From NCBI GenBank assembly GCA_951406725.2, contig OX597815.1, positions 118,978,001 to 119,042,000 of the forward strand: a stretch of 64,000 nucleotides of DNA, in the 5' to 3' direction. The position numbers and the translations under genes were made by a program. Below the pieces are notes generated by a model. It saw only the letters and a program-made list of their open reading frames with translations, ran no database searches and was not told the DNA's origin. This document shows positions 1 to 12,819 of the stretch, one piece after another; position 1 is the first letter of the stretch; every line of letters begins with the position of its first letter. Origin of the DNA: Octopus vulgaris (taxonomy: Eukaryota).

Positions 1-271
1 TGAACGTATATGTTCACGCACAAACATCATCGTCGTCGTCATGACCGATGCATGCACGTTCAGGTGTAAATGTATGAATGCGTGAGTAAACACGAACACA
101 GAGATGAAGAACATGTGTGTATATACTGCTTAAAGGAAATTATTAATATATATCAATTTCCTAACATAAACACTGAAAATATTTCGCAAGCCTTCCCAGT
201 TTTTGAGTTGCATACACGCATGTACACGCATACATTATCATCTTACATATGTTCGCACTCTCGCATGCATG

Positions 272-312
<41 letters not shown>

Positions 313-505
313 ACACACACACATACCCCTTCTCTCACACATTCTCACATACACATTATTGTAGATGCAGTCGTAGCTGTGTGGTAAGAAGCTTGTTTTC
401 TAACAAGGGTTCAATCTCAATGCGTAGCATTTGGGTTAGTGCCTTCTTCAAAACAGAATAATAAGTATTGGGATCGATTCATTCCACTAAAAATTCCTTA
501 AGGCG

Positions 506-577
<72 letters not shown>

Positions 578-582
578 TTATT

Positions 583-621
<39 letters not shown>

Positions 622-734
622 TATATTTTACAATCAATATATCATACAGTTATTACAGTTATGTATATATACATGTATATTTGTATGTATGTATGTATGT
701 ATGTATGTATGTATGTATGTACGTATGTATGTAT

Positions 735-2326
735 ATTTGCAGATTTGTATGTTTTGTTTTATGCGTGTATTCTCATGCATATAGTTGCATATCTAGACAT
801 ACTCATATATATTTAAATGATAAACTTCTGGAAAGTTTTACAGATATTTACAGTTCCAGTGATGGAGTGAATCTGTAGTCTTCGAATTAGCTTTCTCCTT
901 TTTGGTTTTGAGAAGCCTAATTTCTCAAGATTGGCGTTTAGGCAGTATGTTGCATATTTCAGTACTCCAATGATTACAGGTATAAACCTGAACTTGTAAT
1001 TTGGATAGAGTAACTGCAGATTTCTCAATAGTTCAGCATAGGTATTCTCTTTTCCACTGATCTTCAGCTTTATGTTAACATCCGCTGGGCAATAATTTCC
1101 ACAACTGTACACTGTTTCTGTTCTCTATCCCAAATCACTGTATCAGGTCTGTTGTGCTTACATTTTATTGAGGTCATCACTGCGACATTCCACCAGTACA
1201 CTTTTTTATTATGAGCGATTATGGCTTCTACCATACTGTAGGTTCTTCTTTCTTTGTCCTCGGGGTTATCCTTCCGACGGATTTCATTATAGAGTGTCCT
1301 AGCTACATCATGTCTCATCAGTAGATGATACCGTGATGCCATTTTCGGACAACTGCTTATGATGTGGGAGATATCTTCGGTGTTGACTACACAAAGTTTG
1401 TATCGGTTGTCACATTTTACTGCTTTTCCTGCATCTCTATCCCTTTTGTGCATCAGGTATTTGGTTGATGTTTCCTGTTCCTGGATTGCAAACGCATAGC
1501 CTTCAAAGTGGGAGGTAGTAATCCGGCTATTGGTCCATGTTAGACTGTTTAGATGATCATTGTTTCTATCATCTCGGAGCTTTCTACTAACATATCCATT
1601 CATAGTCTTCTGCTCATATAAGGTCATCCTTTTATCTTGATGATACATTGCGGTAGAGTCGTGCGACTTCTTTGGGCATGTATTTTAGGTTATCAGATAA
1701 TGAATGTTGCTCAAATCTTACGATGCTCTCAGCCTCATGTATGCCAACTTGGTCCAGGGATGCACTTCGACACTTGGTGGTTAAGAGATGTTGCCAAAGG
1801 GATATGATACGACATTCAAAAGCATTTTGAATCGATGTTAAGCCTCTGCTGCCTTGTTTTCGTTTTAGGTAGAGGTGGTCTACATTACTGTTTATGTGGA
1901 GATTATGTGTGTTTGTTAGTATTTTTCGGGTTTTCCCATCAATGGCTTGGATCTCATCAATCGTCCAATCAAGGAGCCCAAATGTTGATATGAGTACTGG
2001 CACTGCAAACACATTGTGGGCCACTGTTTTATTGAATGCAGAGAATTCTGAGGTTCAAATTTTCTTTATTCGGCTGTAATATTCTTTAGTGACACGTGTT
2101 TTGTTACAGGAACCATTGTAAGACATATTTTCATCCACCTCTAGATACCTGTAACATTCCTCGTCGGATATAGGGGAAACAGCCAAGTCATTGATGGAGA
2201 TGTTGCTAGTCTGGTTTACAGTTTTTCTCCTTTTCGCAACCATATAACGACATTTATCCTAACAAACTCTAACCCTACATCCTTTGAGAATGTTGTTACT
2301 AGGTCTGGGCTCTTTTCCATCTCGTG
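735..2326 (-). mobile_element. 5'-truncated, frameshifted R4/Dong-clade non-LTR retrotransposon (RT C-terminus, zinc knuckle, RLE endonuclease)
   Basis: Consecutive ORF pieces: [80 protein letters not shown]...VEI, IPVIIG. 5' junction abuts (CATA)n. Confidence 0.9.
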
Positions 2327-2327
2327 C

Positions 2328-2360
<33 letters not shown>

Positions 2361-2452
2361 TGTATGTATGTATGTATGTATGTATGTATGTATGCATGCA
2401 TGCGTGTATGTATGTATGTATGTATGTATATGTATGTATATGTATATACGTG

Positions 2453-2485
<33 letters not shown>

Positions 2486-2739
2486 GTAAATCCATGAATA
2501 GGCTTTATATGTATAACAGTTTGTGTGTGTATGTGTGTGTGTGCATGTGCGAGTGCGTATATATGAGATGATAATGTGTGTGTACATGTGTGTATGCAAC
2601 TTTAACACTGAGGAAATATTTTCGGTGTTGTGTTAGGAAATTGATACATTATTAACAATTTCGTTTAAATATCACTCCCCACCACCCATTCTCACCAATT
2701 TTATCATTTTTACTTTTCCTCTTCCTCCCCTTCCTCCTC

Positions 2740-2978
2740 CTACGACTACTACTACAACTGATGATGATGATGATGATATCACTGCTAAAACCACCACACC
2801 AAAGATATCATCATGAGTGTCATCATTGTCATCAACACCACGATTTTACTCCTCCACCTCCTCCTCCACATCATCATCATCACGATCTTCTTAAGCGCGA
2901 ACAGCTGCAGCAACATAGCAACAGTATCATTGACAGTCTTAATCACACTGCCATTGGGTGCTGCTGCTGCTGCTGCTG

Positions 2979-3058
<80 letters not shown>

Positions 3059-3350
3059 ACGCCTGCTGTTGCTGCTGCTACTACTACTACTAAAAGAGAA
3101 AAAAGGGAGTAGTAGGAGTAGTCCGACTCGTCCGACAACGGCACCTGCAGCAACAGCAGCAGTAACAACAATAACAAACACCAACAAAAGCCTTGCAAAG
3201 TACCTGCCGTTGTCCATATCGCGGTAATTGAAAAATACGTAAACTTCCATTTTAACTTGAAACAGTTTTTTCCATGCCTTCAAGAGACAAGGGGAAAGGG
3301 TAAACTTTCCTACACAAAGTAAATAACTAGCCGCAACAACAACAACAACA

Positions 3351-3407
<57 letters not shown>

Positions 3408-3411
3408 GGTG

Positions 3412-3469
<58 letters not shown>

Positions 3470-3480
3470 TAGTAGTTATT
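2740..3480. repeat. compound trinucleotide microsatellites (TGA, TGC, TAC, CAA, GTA)
   Basis: Directly visible; explains the poly-C/Y/L/S/T ORFs. Similar tracts at 7200-7352 (TTC), 9660-10090, 41150-41530 and 58530-58646. Confidence 0.97.
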
Positions 3481-3708
3481 ATTTCTTTATTATCCACAGG
3501 AGCTAAACATAGAGGGGACAAACAAGGACAGACAAACGGATTAAGTCGATTACATCGACCCCAGTACGTAACTAGTTCTTAATTTATCGACCCCGAAAGG
3601 ATGAATGGCAAAGTCGACCTCGGTGGAATTTGAACTCAGAACGTAGCGGCAGACGAAATACCGCTAAGCATTTCCCCCGGCGTGCTAACGATTCTACCAG
3701 CTTGCCGT

Positions 3709-3760
<52 letters not shown>

Positions 3761-3821
3761 GTAAATATATCATTAATAATAATATTAATAAAATATATCA
3801 ATATATCAATATATCATTAGC

Positions 3822-5164
3822 TAGTCAATTACTGAAATAGGTATTCTTGACAGAAAAATACGAAAACTGTTGACAATGCTTAGAATGCACCACCCTAAGG
3901 CAGATATAGAACGACTTTATCTCCCAAGAAAAGAGGGAGGCCGTGGACTTTTACAACTGGCATTAACAACGAAGATTGCTACAATAAGTCTAGATACCTA
4001 CCTGAAAAACTCTGAGGACTGGATGTTAAAACTTGTCTCAAAACACGAAAACAAGAAAGCAACATCCTCAGTAACAAAACAGGCAAAGGAATATCTAAGT
4101 GAATTCCAAATATAACAAATTCCGGAATTAGACATACGAGAAACAAGCGCAGAAAAAGCTAAGCGCATGAAAATCCGTGTTAAAACTGCTGCCGTAGATA
4201 TTCTGAATGATAAATGGCAAGAAAAACCTCTCAATGGCAAATACCCAAAGAGAGCGAATAATGCCGATGTTGACAAAGCCCTTACTCATCAATGGCTAAT
4301 GACTTCTGGCTTAAAATCTGAAACAGAAGGGTTTATCATAGCAGCCCAAGATTAATGCCTATTTACAAGGAACTACCAGGCCAACATATTAAAGAACGGC
4401 AGTAGCCCAACATGTCGTGTATGTCAACAACAAAATGAAACCAATGATCATGTTGTCTCCAAGTGCAGTCTTCTTACGCCTACAGAGTATCTCAACAGGC
4501 ATGATACAGCTGCACAATATATTCACTGGGTAATTTGCAAAAGCCTGGACTTGCCCCATGATAAAAACTGCTGGGAACACAAACCACCTCCAGTACTTGA
4601 AAATGATCACATCTCACTCCTCTGGAACTTCACCATTCAAACTGACAGATAGATGCAAATAGGCCAGGCATCATATTGAAAGACTTCAGACTAAAATCAT
4701 GCCTCCTCATTGATATGACTGTCCCAATCGATATAAACGTATTTGTCAAGACCTACCAAAAGCTGAGCCAATATAAAGATCTTGAAATAGAAGTTAGCAA
4801 AATGTGGAACCTGAAGACTAAAACAATACCTGTTGTCATAGGTGTCCTGGGAATAATAGCAAAAGGGGCTGATTGTTACCTAGCTCAGATACCAGGAAAC
4901 CCCCTAAATGGCAGAAATTCAAGAGATAATGGAAACTGCCCATATCCTACGCAAAATACTTTCTGTGTAATCTCAAGTTTTAAAACAAACACATAATTTT
5001 CTTATGGTTTTTAAGACATTCACTAGTACAACACTAAGTATAAAACTAAATATATGGCACCCTAGGCTTAACACCAACACGAACTTCTAACTTGTTGTCT
5101 CTTGAGGTCTCCGGGCGAGACTTGGAACCAACTTGTACAAATGTAAAGCAAAAGTCAAACATAA

Positions 5165-5165
<1 letters not shown>
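3822..5165 (+). mobile_element. 5'-truncated R4/Dong-clade retrotransposon in a (TAA)n tract
   Basis: MHHPKADIERLYLPRKEGGRGL, GLKSETEGFIIAAQD, CRVC, LIDMTVP, KYKDL-like YKDLEIE, IPVVIG. (TAA)n at 3710-3760 and 5165-5212. Confidence 0.92.
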
Positions 5166-5212
<47 letters not shown>

Positions 5213-5213
<1 letters not shown>

Positions 5214-5452
5214 GAGCGGGATGGGCTACTCAACCTGAAGAAAATTCTAACTGGGCCCCACCTGCAAGGTCATGTGCTGTTTATCTTGATATGAGATCAC
5301 CATGTCGCGCACATATGGTTGTGATGCATGTGCCTGGTGTACCTTTATCAGACGGGTAGTCATGATGGGTATATTGGGCTTCGTATATTTTACCCCAGTG
5401 TCACTTTGATGGCACGAACTGCTCTCTCACTCAATAATAATAATAATAATAA
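5213..5452 (+). mobile_element. short 3'-terminal fragment of a retroelement between two (TAA)n tracts
   Basis: About 220 bp of complex sequence bounded by (TAA)n on both sides, between two Dong copies. Family identity is inferred from context only. Confidence 0.45.
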
Positions 5453-5454
5453 AC

Positions 5455-6310
5455 TCGTGCGCAGTCGCAGTAGTTCGGCATGGCACTGGAATCCTGAAGT
5501 AGATAGACAAAAAAAGTTCCTAGCGATGCATTGAGCCCATCATCCACGTGCAGACACTAATCACCTATATATGAAGAGAGCAAATGGATGAAGGGGGACT
5601 GATAAACGTGGAAGACTGCGTGCGTATCAAACTCGAGAGCTTAATGAGATACTAGCTCAAAGTAAGGAAACTTTGCTAGTGTCAGTTAGGAACGAAGGAG
5701 TATTAAAAGCAGAAGAAAAAGGAAAAACAAAAGAAGTACAAAAAAGACATGAAGAAGCATTACGCAATAAAGACTATGCAATGAATTCCATGTAGCCACA
5801 AATGAAGTTGCTGCAAAACATAGGTGGGATTGGTTGATGAAAGGAACCCTAAAAAAAGAGACCGAGAGCACTATACTAGCAGCTCAAGACCAAGCTTTGC
5901 CTACGAATTGGAGGGTCCAACTTAGGAATGAGCAAGTGTCTCCGCTGGGCCGCACCTGTAATAGAGTGGCCGAAACCATTGCCCATATCAAGAACAAATG
6001 CCCTAGACTTACCTAAAACCACTACAATTTGTGGCGACACGATAAAGCAGCCAAAGTGCTTCATTAGAAACTGCGAAAAGTGGAGGCTAGAGAGAGGCAA
6101 GACGTGGTATGAGCACAAGCTGCTGAGTGGCAGAGTCGGAGACTTGTAAAATCCTCTGGGATTTCCCAATTCAAACAGATCAGGTGCTAGAGAATAAGAG
6201 ACCGGACCTCGTGGTGGTCGACATGATGCACCACATGTGCTATATTGTTGATGTTGCACGCCCCTTTAACCCACGAATAGTCAAGAAGGAAAGCGGAAAA
6301 ATAGATTAAT
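5455..6310 (+). mobile_element. degenerate R4/Dong-clade retrotransposon fragment (distinct subfamily)
   Basis: HHPRADTNHLYMKR, GTLKKETESTILAAQDQAL, ETIAHI..CP, KILWDFPIQTD...NKRPDLVVVD...IVDVA. Begins immediately after (TAA)n. Confidence 0.85.
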
Positions 6311-6636
6311 ACTATTGGTTGATAATCCAACGTTCCATAAACTGGACTGCTTGCAACTCTCGAATTAAAAATACAACACAGTTGAAATTAATAAATAAAT
6401 AAATTAATTAATTAATAAGATAAATGACTTAATGAATTAGCAAGTGAAAAATGTTGGAGCTGCATTTATCAAGCAAGTGATATGTAATATAACTTTATTA
6501 GTGACTAGGTCGTAGACGAGCGATGAAAATTTTGACATTTCAAGAACGAAATGGAAAGTGAATTCTACACTTGCTTTTAAAAGCAAAACTGTCGCTTTCA
6601 CGATGTAAATAAGAAATGAATTAATAGACATGGGGA

Positions 6637-6668
<32 letters not shown>

Positions 6669-8199
6669 CGGTTAACAGGTTAATGGAAAAGAAATTCTTT
6701 TATTCTCGATCGTTTAGTCTCGTTTACTCGGAGCAAACAAACCAAATGAAAGGGGTTTTACAACGTGGATGTAAGGTAATTTTTTTAACAGTCTTTGAAA
6801 GACATGTTCGTTCCCTTGAAATGATTAAATGTTTAAATGGTGTTGAATCCATAACAAACAAGTAATCTATATAAACCGAAGACCAAAACGAGCTTTGCTT
6901 ACAATTAGGTCGTTCATTCAGTGTAAACAACTTAACTTTTACGCGAATCTTTCTTACCCTTCATCTCTCGCTTTTTCACTCTATACCCTATCTCTTTCAT
7001 TCCCTCTCTTCTCTCTCTTCCATACATTTATTATTTTCACTTTTCATTACATCTCTAATCTTTTCATCTTTGTCGTGCCTATTACTGCCACCCCTTCTTT
7101 CTCTCTTCTCACACTTAAAACCCTCTGCCCCTCTCTCACATTCTTCCACATACATTTCATTCGTACGCTTTCATTCATATTTCCAATTATGCTATAAGTT
7201 CTTCTTCTTCTTCTTCTTCTTCTTCTTCTTCTTCTTCTTCTTCTTCTTCTTCTTCTTCTTTCTTCTTCTTCTTCTTCTGTTTCTTCTTCTTCTTCTTCTT
7301 CTTCTTCTTCTTCTTCTTCTTCTTCTTCTTCTTCTTCTTCTTCTTCTTCTTCAGGTTCGAAGACTACAGATCCCTTCGAAGACTATATATCCCTTTACAT
7401 ATTCAGTTCAAATCCTGTCGAATCGACTTTGCTTTTTATCTTTCCAGTGGGGTTCGATAAAATAAGTTTCATGAATGTTACTGCCCGAAATGTCACTGCC
7501 TATTTAGCCCGGAATTTGTTCATTCACACCAGGAATAGCTTTATCTTCCTCCGCTTTATCACCACCAACGCCAGTACCAGCACCATCATCATCATCATCA
7601 TCATCATCATCATTATTATGGAACAGCCAGTTCACAGGAAATATTGAGCATGGAAATAGGGTTGGACTACCATATATATATGTGTGTATGTGTGTGTGTG
7701 TGTGTGTGTGTATGTGTGTGTGTGTGTAGGCGCAGGCGTGGCAAGAAGCTGGCTTCCCCACCACATGGTTCTGGGTTCAGCCCCACTGCGTAGCACCTTG
7801 GACAATATCTTTTTATATAGCTTCTCCCCGACCAAAGCCCTGTGGGTAGATTTGGTAGACAGAAACTGAAAGAAGCCGGTAGTTTATATATTGCAACGAA
7901 AAATGCGGACACAAGAAGGTTACTATTCTTAAGTTATTAAACTTGGAAATGTACAGGACAAGTTATTACACCTGAGAAAATACAGGACATGCATATTTAT
8001 ACTTGAAATATTGCAGCTATAGTTGAAATATTAAAATATATTTAGATTTTTAAACTAAAAATAATAGCTTTTATTAGCTACTCTATAATTTAAAAATTAA
8101 TTGAAATAATAAATTTAAGGTTACCTGTTAGCAAAAAATTAAAAAAGTTCAATAGCTCCATTAAAAATGTTTTTTCAGTTACAAATTTTTAAGAACTAC

Positions 8200-8880
8200 T
8201 AAAAGTTCTTAAGAAGTATTCAATTGAAATTCCTCTTTTGCTCATCTTTTTGATAAAAAATTGGTACACTATAATTCATTGATAAAGACACCATAAGGTC
8301 TTATGGAAATTTCAAAAAAGGAAAGTTCAATTGATACCTTTATGGTAAGGTTGAGGCTTAGAGGAGGATACAGTGATATCCGGAGAGGGGGTTACTCTTC
8401 TTAATTAAATTTTTTGCTTGGTGGGCGAGTGAGGGGGGGGGGGGTGTATACCATATAAAAAATACTGGGGTCGATCTAATCGACTGGCCCCCCTCCCCCA
8501 AAATTTCGAGTCTTGTGCCTAGAGCAGAAAAGAATATCAGAAATAATATAAGAAGTTTTTAGAAGTTTAGTAAACCTCAAAAATTCTTCATTAAGACTTT
8601 CTTCCGGTTATTGATTTGACAAAATTTGATATCTCATAATTATTTTAACGTCTCTATCTGTTAAAGGAATCCAAGTATACCACTTTTTCAAGATTTTTCT
8701 ATCATTTTAGTTGAACAACTAACAAGTAATCAACAATAGCAGGAAATCTTCAGAGATTCAACAAATAGACCAAGAGTACTGAAACCACTGTACTCGCCAT
8801 GCTTCTGATTTCGTTTATAACCTCTTCGAGTTTGTTGTTTATAATCTTCATAATCAGACCCTCTGTTTATTACTCAAGAT
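8200..8880 (-). mobile_element. possible very old hAT transposase remnant
   Basis: Minus-strand fragments FPAIVDYLLVVQLK and ESLNEEFLRF weakly resemble hAT C-terminal regions; heavily disrupted. Confidence 0.25.
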
Positions 8881-11394
8881 CTGAAAAAGTAAACTACTTA
8901 GCTTGAATGCATCCATGTAGAGGATACTCCGTGCAGGAAGTCGAAGTGACGGAGTCAGTATCGCGTGAAACCAAATACGCTACAGGTTTTTTTTTTCGGT
9001 TTCCTGCACTCTCAGTTCAAATCCTGGTGAAGTTAATCTTGCCTTTCTTTTCTTTTTTTGGGGGGGGGGGGGGTGATGAGGTGGTGGGGTGGTTGTGGGA
9101 GAATCGATAAATAAAATACCAGTCGAGGACAGTGGATTTTCGAAATTGTTAAGGCGTTGGAGAAAATGCTTCACAATATTTGTTTCGGCGCCTGGTGTTG
9201 TGTATTCACGGCTTGTTCCTTTATTCGTGTTAACATCACCACGACGGGCTTCCACACAGTTTCCGTCCACCAAATCCACTCACAAGGCATTGGCTATCAC
9301 ACAAGACACTTGCTCAAGGCTGCACAGTGAACTTGAACTCAAATTCATGTAGCTGCGAAGCGATTTTCTTAACTACATAATCATATTTATTTATTTATTA
9401 TTTTATTTTATCTTATTGCATTTTATTTTATTTAACCATACACTGATTGGATAGCTGAGGTAACAATTTTCTTCACATTTTTTTCGAAGCAGTTCCAGCT
9501 CTATTATCTTATCTCTTCCATTTTCTCCGTTTTCAAGTTTAATTTTTTTTCTTCCTTCCTGCAGAATTATCAGATATTGTTTTGTCTTGCTTTGTTATTA
9601 ATCTGAATAAATTTGCTTTTTCTGCCCATTTTGTTTTAATGAAGTTTTTACAGTTTAAGGTCATCGCCATAGTCGCCGTCGCCTTTGCCATTACCATCGT
9701 GGCGACCACTACCACAACCTTCGTCATCATCGTCGTTACAGACATCATCAACAGCAACAAGAGCATCGATATCATCATCTTCATCATCACCGTCGTCGTT
9801 GTCGTTGTAGTCATTGCAGTTATCGTTGTCCTTATCCTTCTCCCCTCCTCCTTCTTCTCTTCCGTATCCTTCTCCCTTACTCCTTCTCCTCAGCATCCTC
9901 CTCCCCTCTCTCCCTTTTCCTCCTCATCGTCGTCATCGCCGTCATCGTTGTCGACACCATCGTCGTAGTCACCCACTCCTCCTTATCATCATTATCATCC
10001 AAATCATCGTCGTCGTCATCATCATCATCATCATCATCGTCGTCGTCGTCATCACCATCATCATCACCACAGTTTCTACCCAATTACGAGAGATATCGGT
10101 GATGGTGCCGCTGAATACCAAAAGCTGAATTGGCACGAAACGGACAGACAGAGAGACAAGAGACAGGCTGACAGACAGACAGACAGACAGACAGATAGAC
10201 AGACAGACAAACAGACAGGTAGGACAGGTAGGCAATTATGTAGGAACGTGAAAACGCCTGGTGTCGTATCTTTTGAGCTGTCTTACAAGTGTCAGCTCAT
10301 TGAAAGGCAGCTCCGTGTTAAGGCCGAATAACTTCAGAAATAGGACCACAGTTTTCTTTTCATTCAAATCAGTTTCGCCTTGCCAAATAATGTTTACTCT
10401 AGCGACACGCTGGAAATTGTTGAACGTACGTCTGGATATATGGAAAGGTAAAAAAAAAAAAAAAAGGAAGTATTATAAACTTCTAAAGACTCATCGAATA
10501 CACCCGCCTCTTCTCCCGCTCTGTTTTACTTTCGAGAAAATTGCATTCTACAAATTAGTCTCTGAAAGGGACACATGATAAGTCTGCTTATTTATAACGT
10601 TGCTAGTGTTGTTCGTGTTGTTGTTAGTGGTGTTGTTTAAACCCAATTCGGCCCTACTTGAGTGGATCTATGATCAAAGGCATTCCTGCCGTGAACATCA
10701 TGACCTTTCTTTTTTACCTTTTTCTTTTCTTTTTTCCTGTCCAGACATAGTGTAACCTGGAATACATTATCCAATATTCCTACCTTTCATAAGACGTTAG
10801 GACAGTGTGTGTATGTGTGAGTGTGTGCGTGTGTGTACGTGTGTATGTGTGTGTGTGTGTGTGTATGTATCTGTGTGTGTATGTGTGTGTGTGTGTGTAT
10901 GTATCTGTGTGTGTATGTGTGTGTGCGTGCCTGTGTGTTTATGCTTGTGTGTTTCTCATGGCGGCGGCGAGAGCGGCTGTGAAAATTGAAAAAGGGTAGC
11001 GGTAGGGTAGAAAAATTTCCATACTTTTTTTTGTTTCTGCCATAGTGATGCACCACGTTGAAGAGTTTAGTCAAAGAAATCGACCCCAGTACATTTTTCA
11101 TAAAGTCTGGAATTTATTCTATTGGTATCTTTTTGCCGAACCGCTAATCTCCGAGGACGTAAGAAAAACCAGGGCTGGTTGTCTACCGAAAAGGGACAAA
11201 CTCAAACACAAAGACACATACACACACACATCACACACATCACACACGCACATACATACATACATACATACATACATACATACATACATACATACATACA
11301 GATATATGTATATATATATATGTGTATGTATGTATGTATGTATATATATATATATAACTATATAACTATATGTATATATATAACTATATAACTA

Positions 11395-11471
<77 letters not shown>

Positions 11472-11475
<4 letters not shown>

Positions 11476-11770
11476 GAAAGATTGGAGTCGAACGACGATT
11501 TAACAAAATTCCTTTATTCTCGACATATGTTTCGAAGACTGCATATTCTTAATTCCATATGTCGAGAATAAAGGAATTTTGCTAAATCGTCGTTCGACTC
11601 CATTCTTTCATTTTTTTATAGTAAAAAAAACACACAAATTTCCACACGAAAGCACGTGATCTCTGCCCTTGGCATATAGCTTCAACCGTGTTTTCTGACG
11701 TGAATTTGCTACCCAGGTATCGGTTAACCGAATTATCCATACTAAGATAATTCATTCAACTACTTAAATA

Positions 11771-11842
<72 letters not shown>

Positions 11843-12663
11843 GAATGGTTTACACCTGGTAGCTTACTGCTAAAGCACGGTCACTTTCAGAGTGATCGTT
11901 AGGTATATAGCAAATGAAAGACAGAAGATGGACTATACGAGAATTGTCATGATGAATAATAAATTCTCGTATATTCCTTCTTCTGTCTTTCATTTGCCAT
12001 ATATATATAATTGATGGGGAAACGGAAAATGGATTTGCTACGAATCTTTATTTAGCGTGACGATCGTTTCGACCCATCCTGCAACTGATGCTTACGGGTT
12101 GGATATTGTACATCTACTTGTGTTGTATCAATCAGTGCAGTCTGTGTCTCCCTGAGTGTTTGGTATAAAAGATAACCTATTACATAGTACGAGGCAGTAC
12201 AACATGCCTAGCGAAACTCAGTACATGTCGTAGGCTATCTTTTATACCAAACACCTGAGATGACACAGACTGCACCAATTGATGCAACACAACTAGATGC
12301 ACAATATGCTACCCTTAAGGGACAGCTGCAGGATGGGTCGAAAACGATCGTTGCGTTGAATAAAGATTCGTAGCAAATCTATTTTCTGTTTCCCTCATCA
12401 ATTATAAACCAAACGAACACTGCGGAATTCCTGACGTAGATCCAGTGAAAATTATACCGTAATTTTCACACCTATTTGGTCGGCCCGCGGCTATAGTAGA
12501 AGATACTAGCCCAAGGTACCGCGCAGTGGGACTGAATCCGGAATCATGTGGTTGGGAAACAACCTTCTCGCCACACAGCTTCGCCTATATATATATATAT
12601 ATATATATATAGGCGAAGCTGTGTGGCTGATATACATTATATATATATATATATATCAGCCAC
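11472..12663. repeat. cluster of long inverted repeats separated by (TA)n
   Basis: Arms 11472-11529/11556-11613; hairpin about 11909-11997; about 12006-12180/12230-12405; palindromes 12570-12627 and 12623-12663. Confidence 0.9.
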
Positions 12664-12781
12664 CGCAGGTTAAGTAAAATCACTGGTAAGCTTGAACTCG
12701 AGTTGAGGTGTTACCACACTATGAACGTTAAGCTATTCGTATTAATCTATACAGGTGTATATTTTATGAGTATGCGTGTGC

Positions 12782-12819
<38 letters not shown>

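Noticed and set aside
10275-10299. Short hairpin tgagctg...cagctca
   Set aside because: Only a 7-bp stem; too short for a miRNA precursor and expected by chance.
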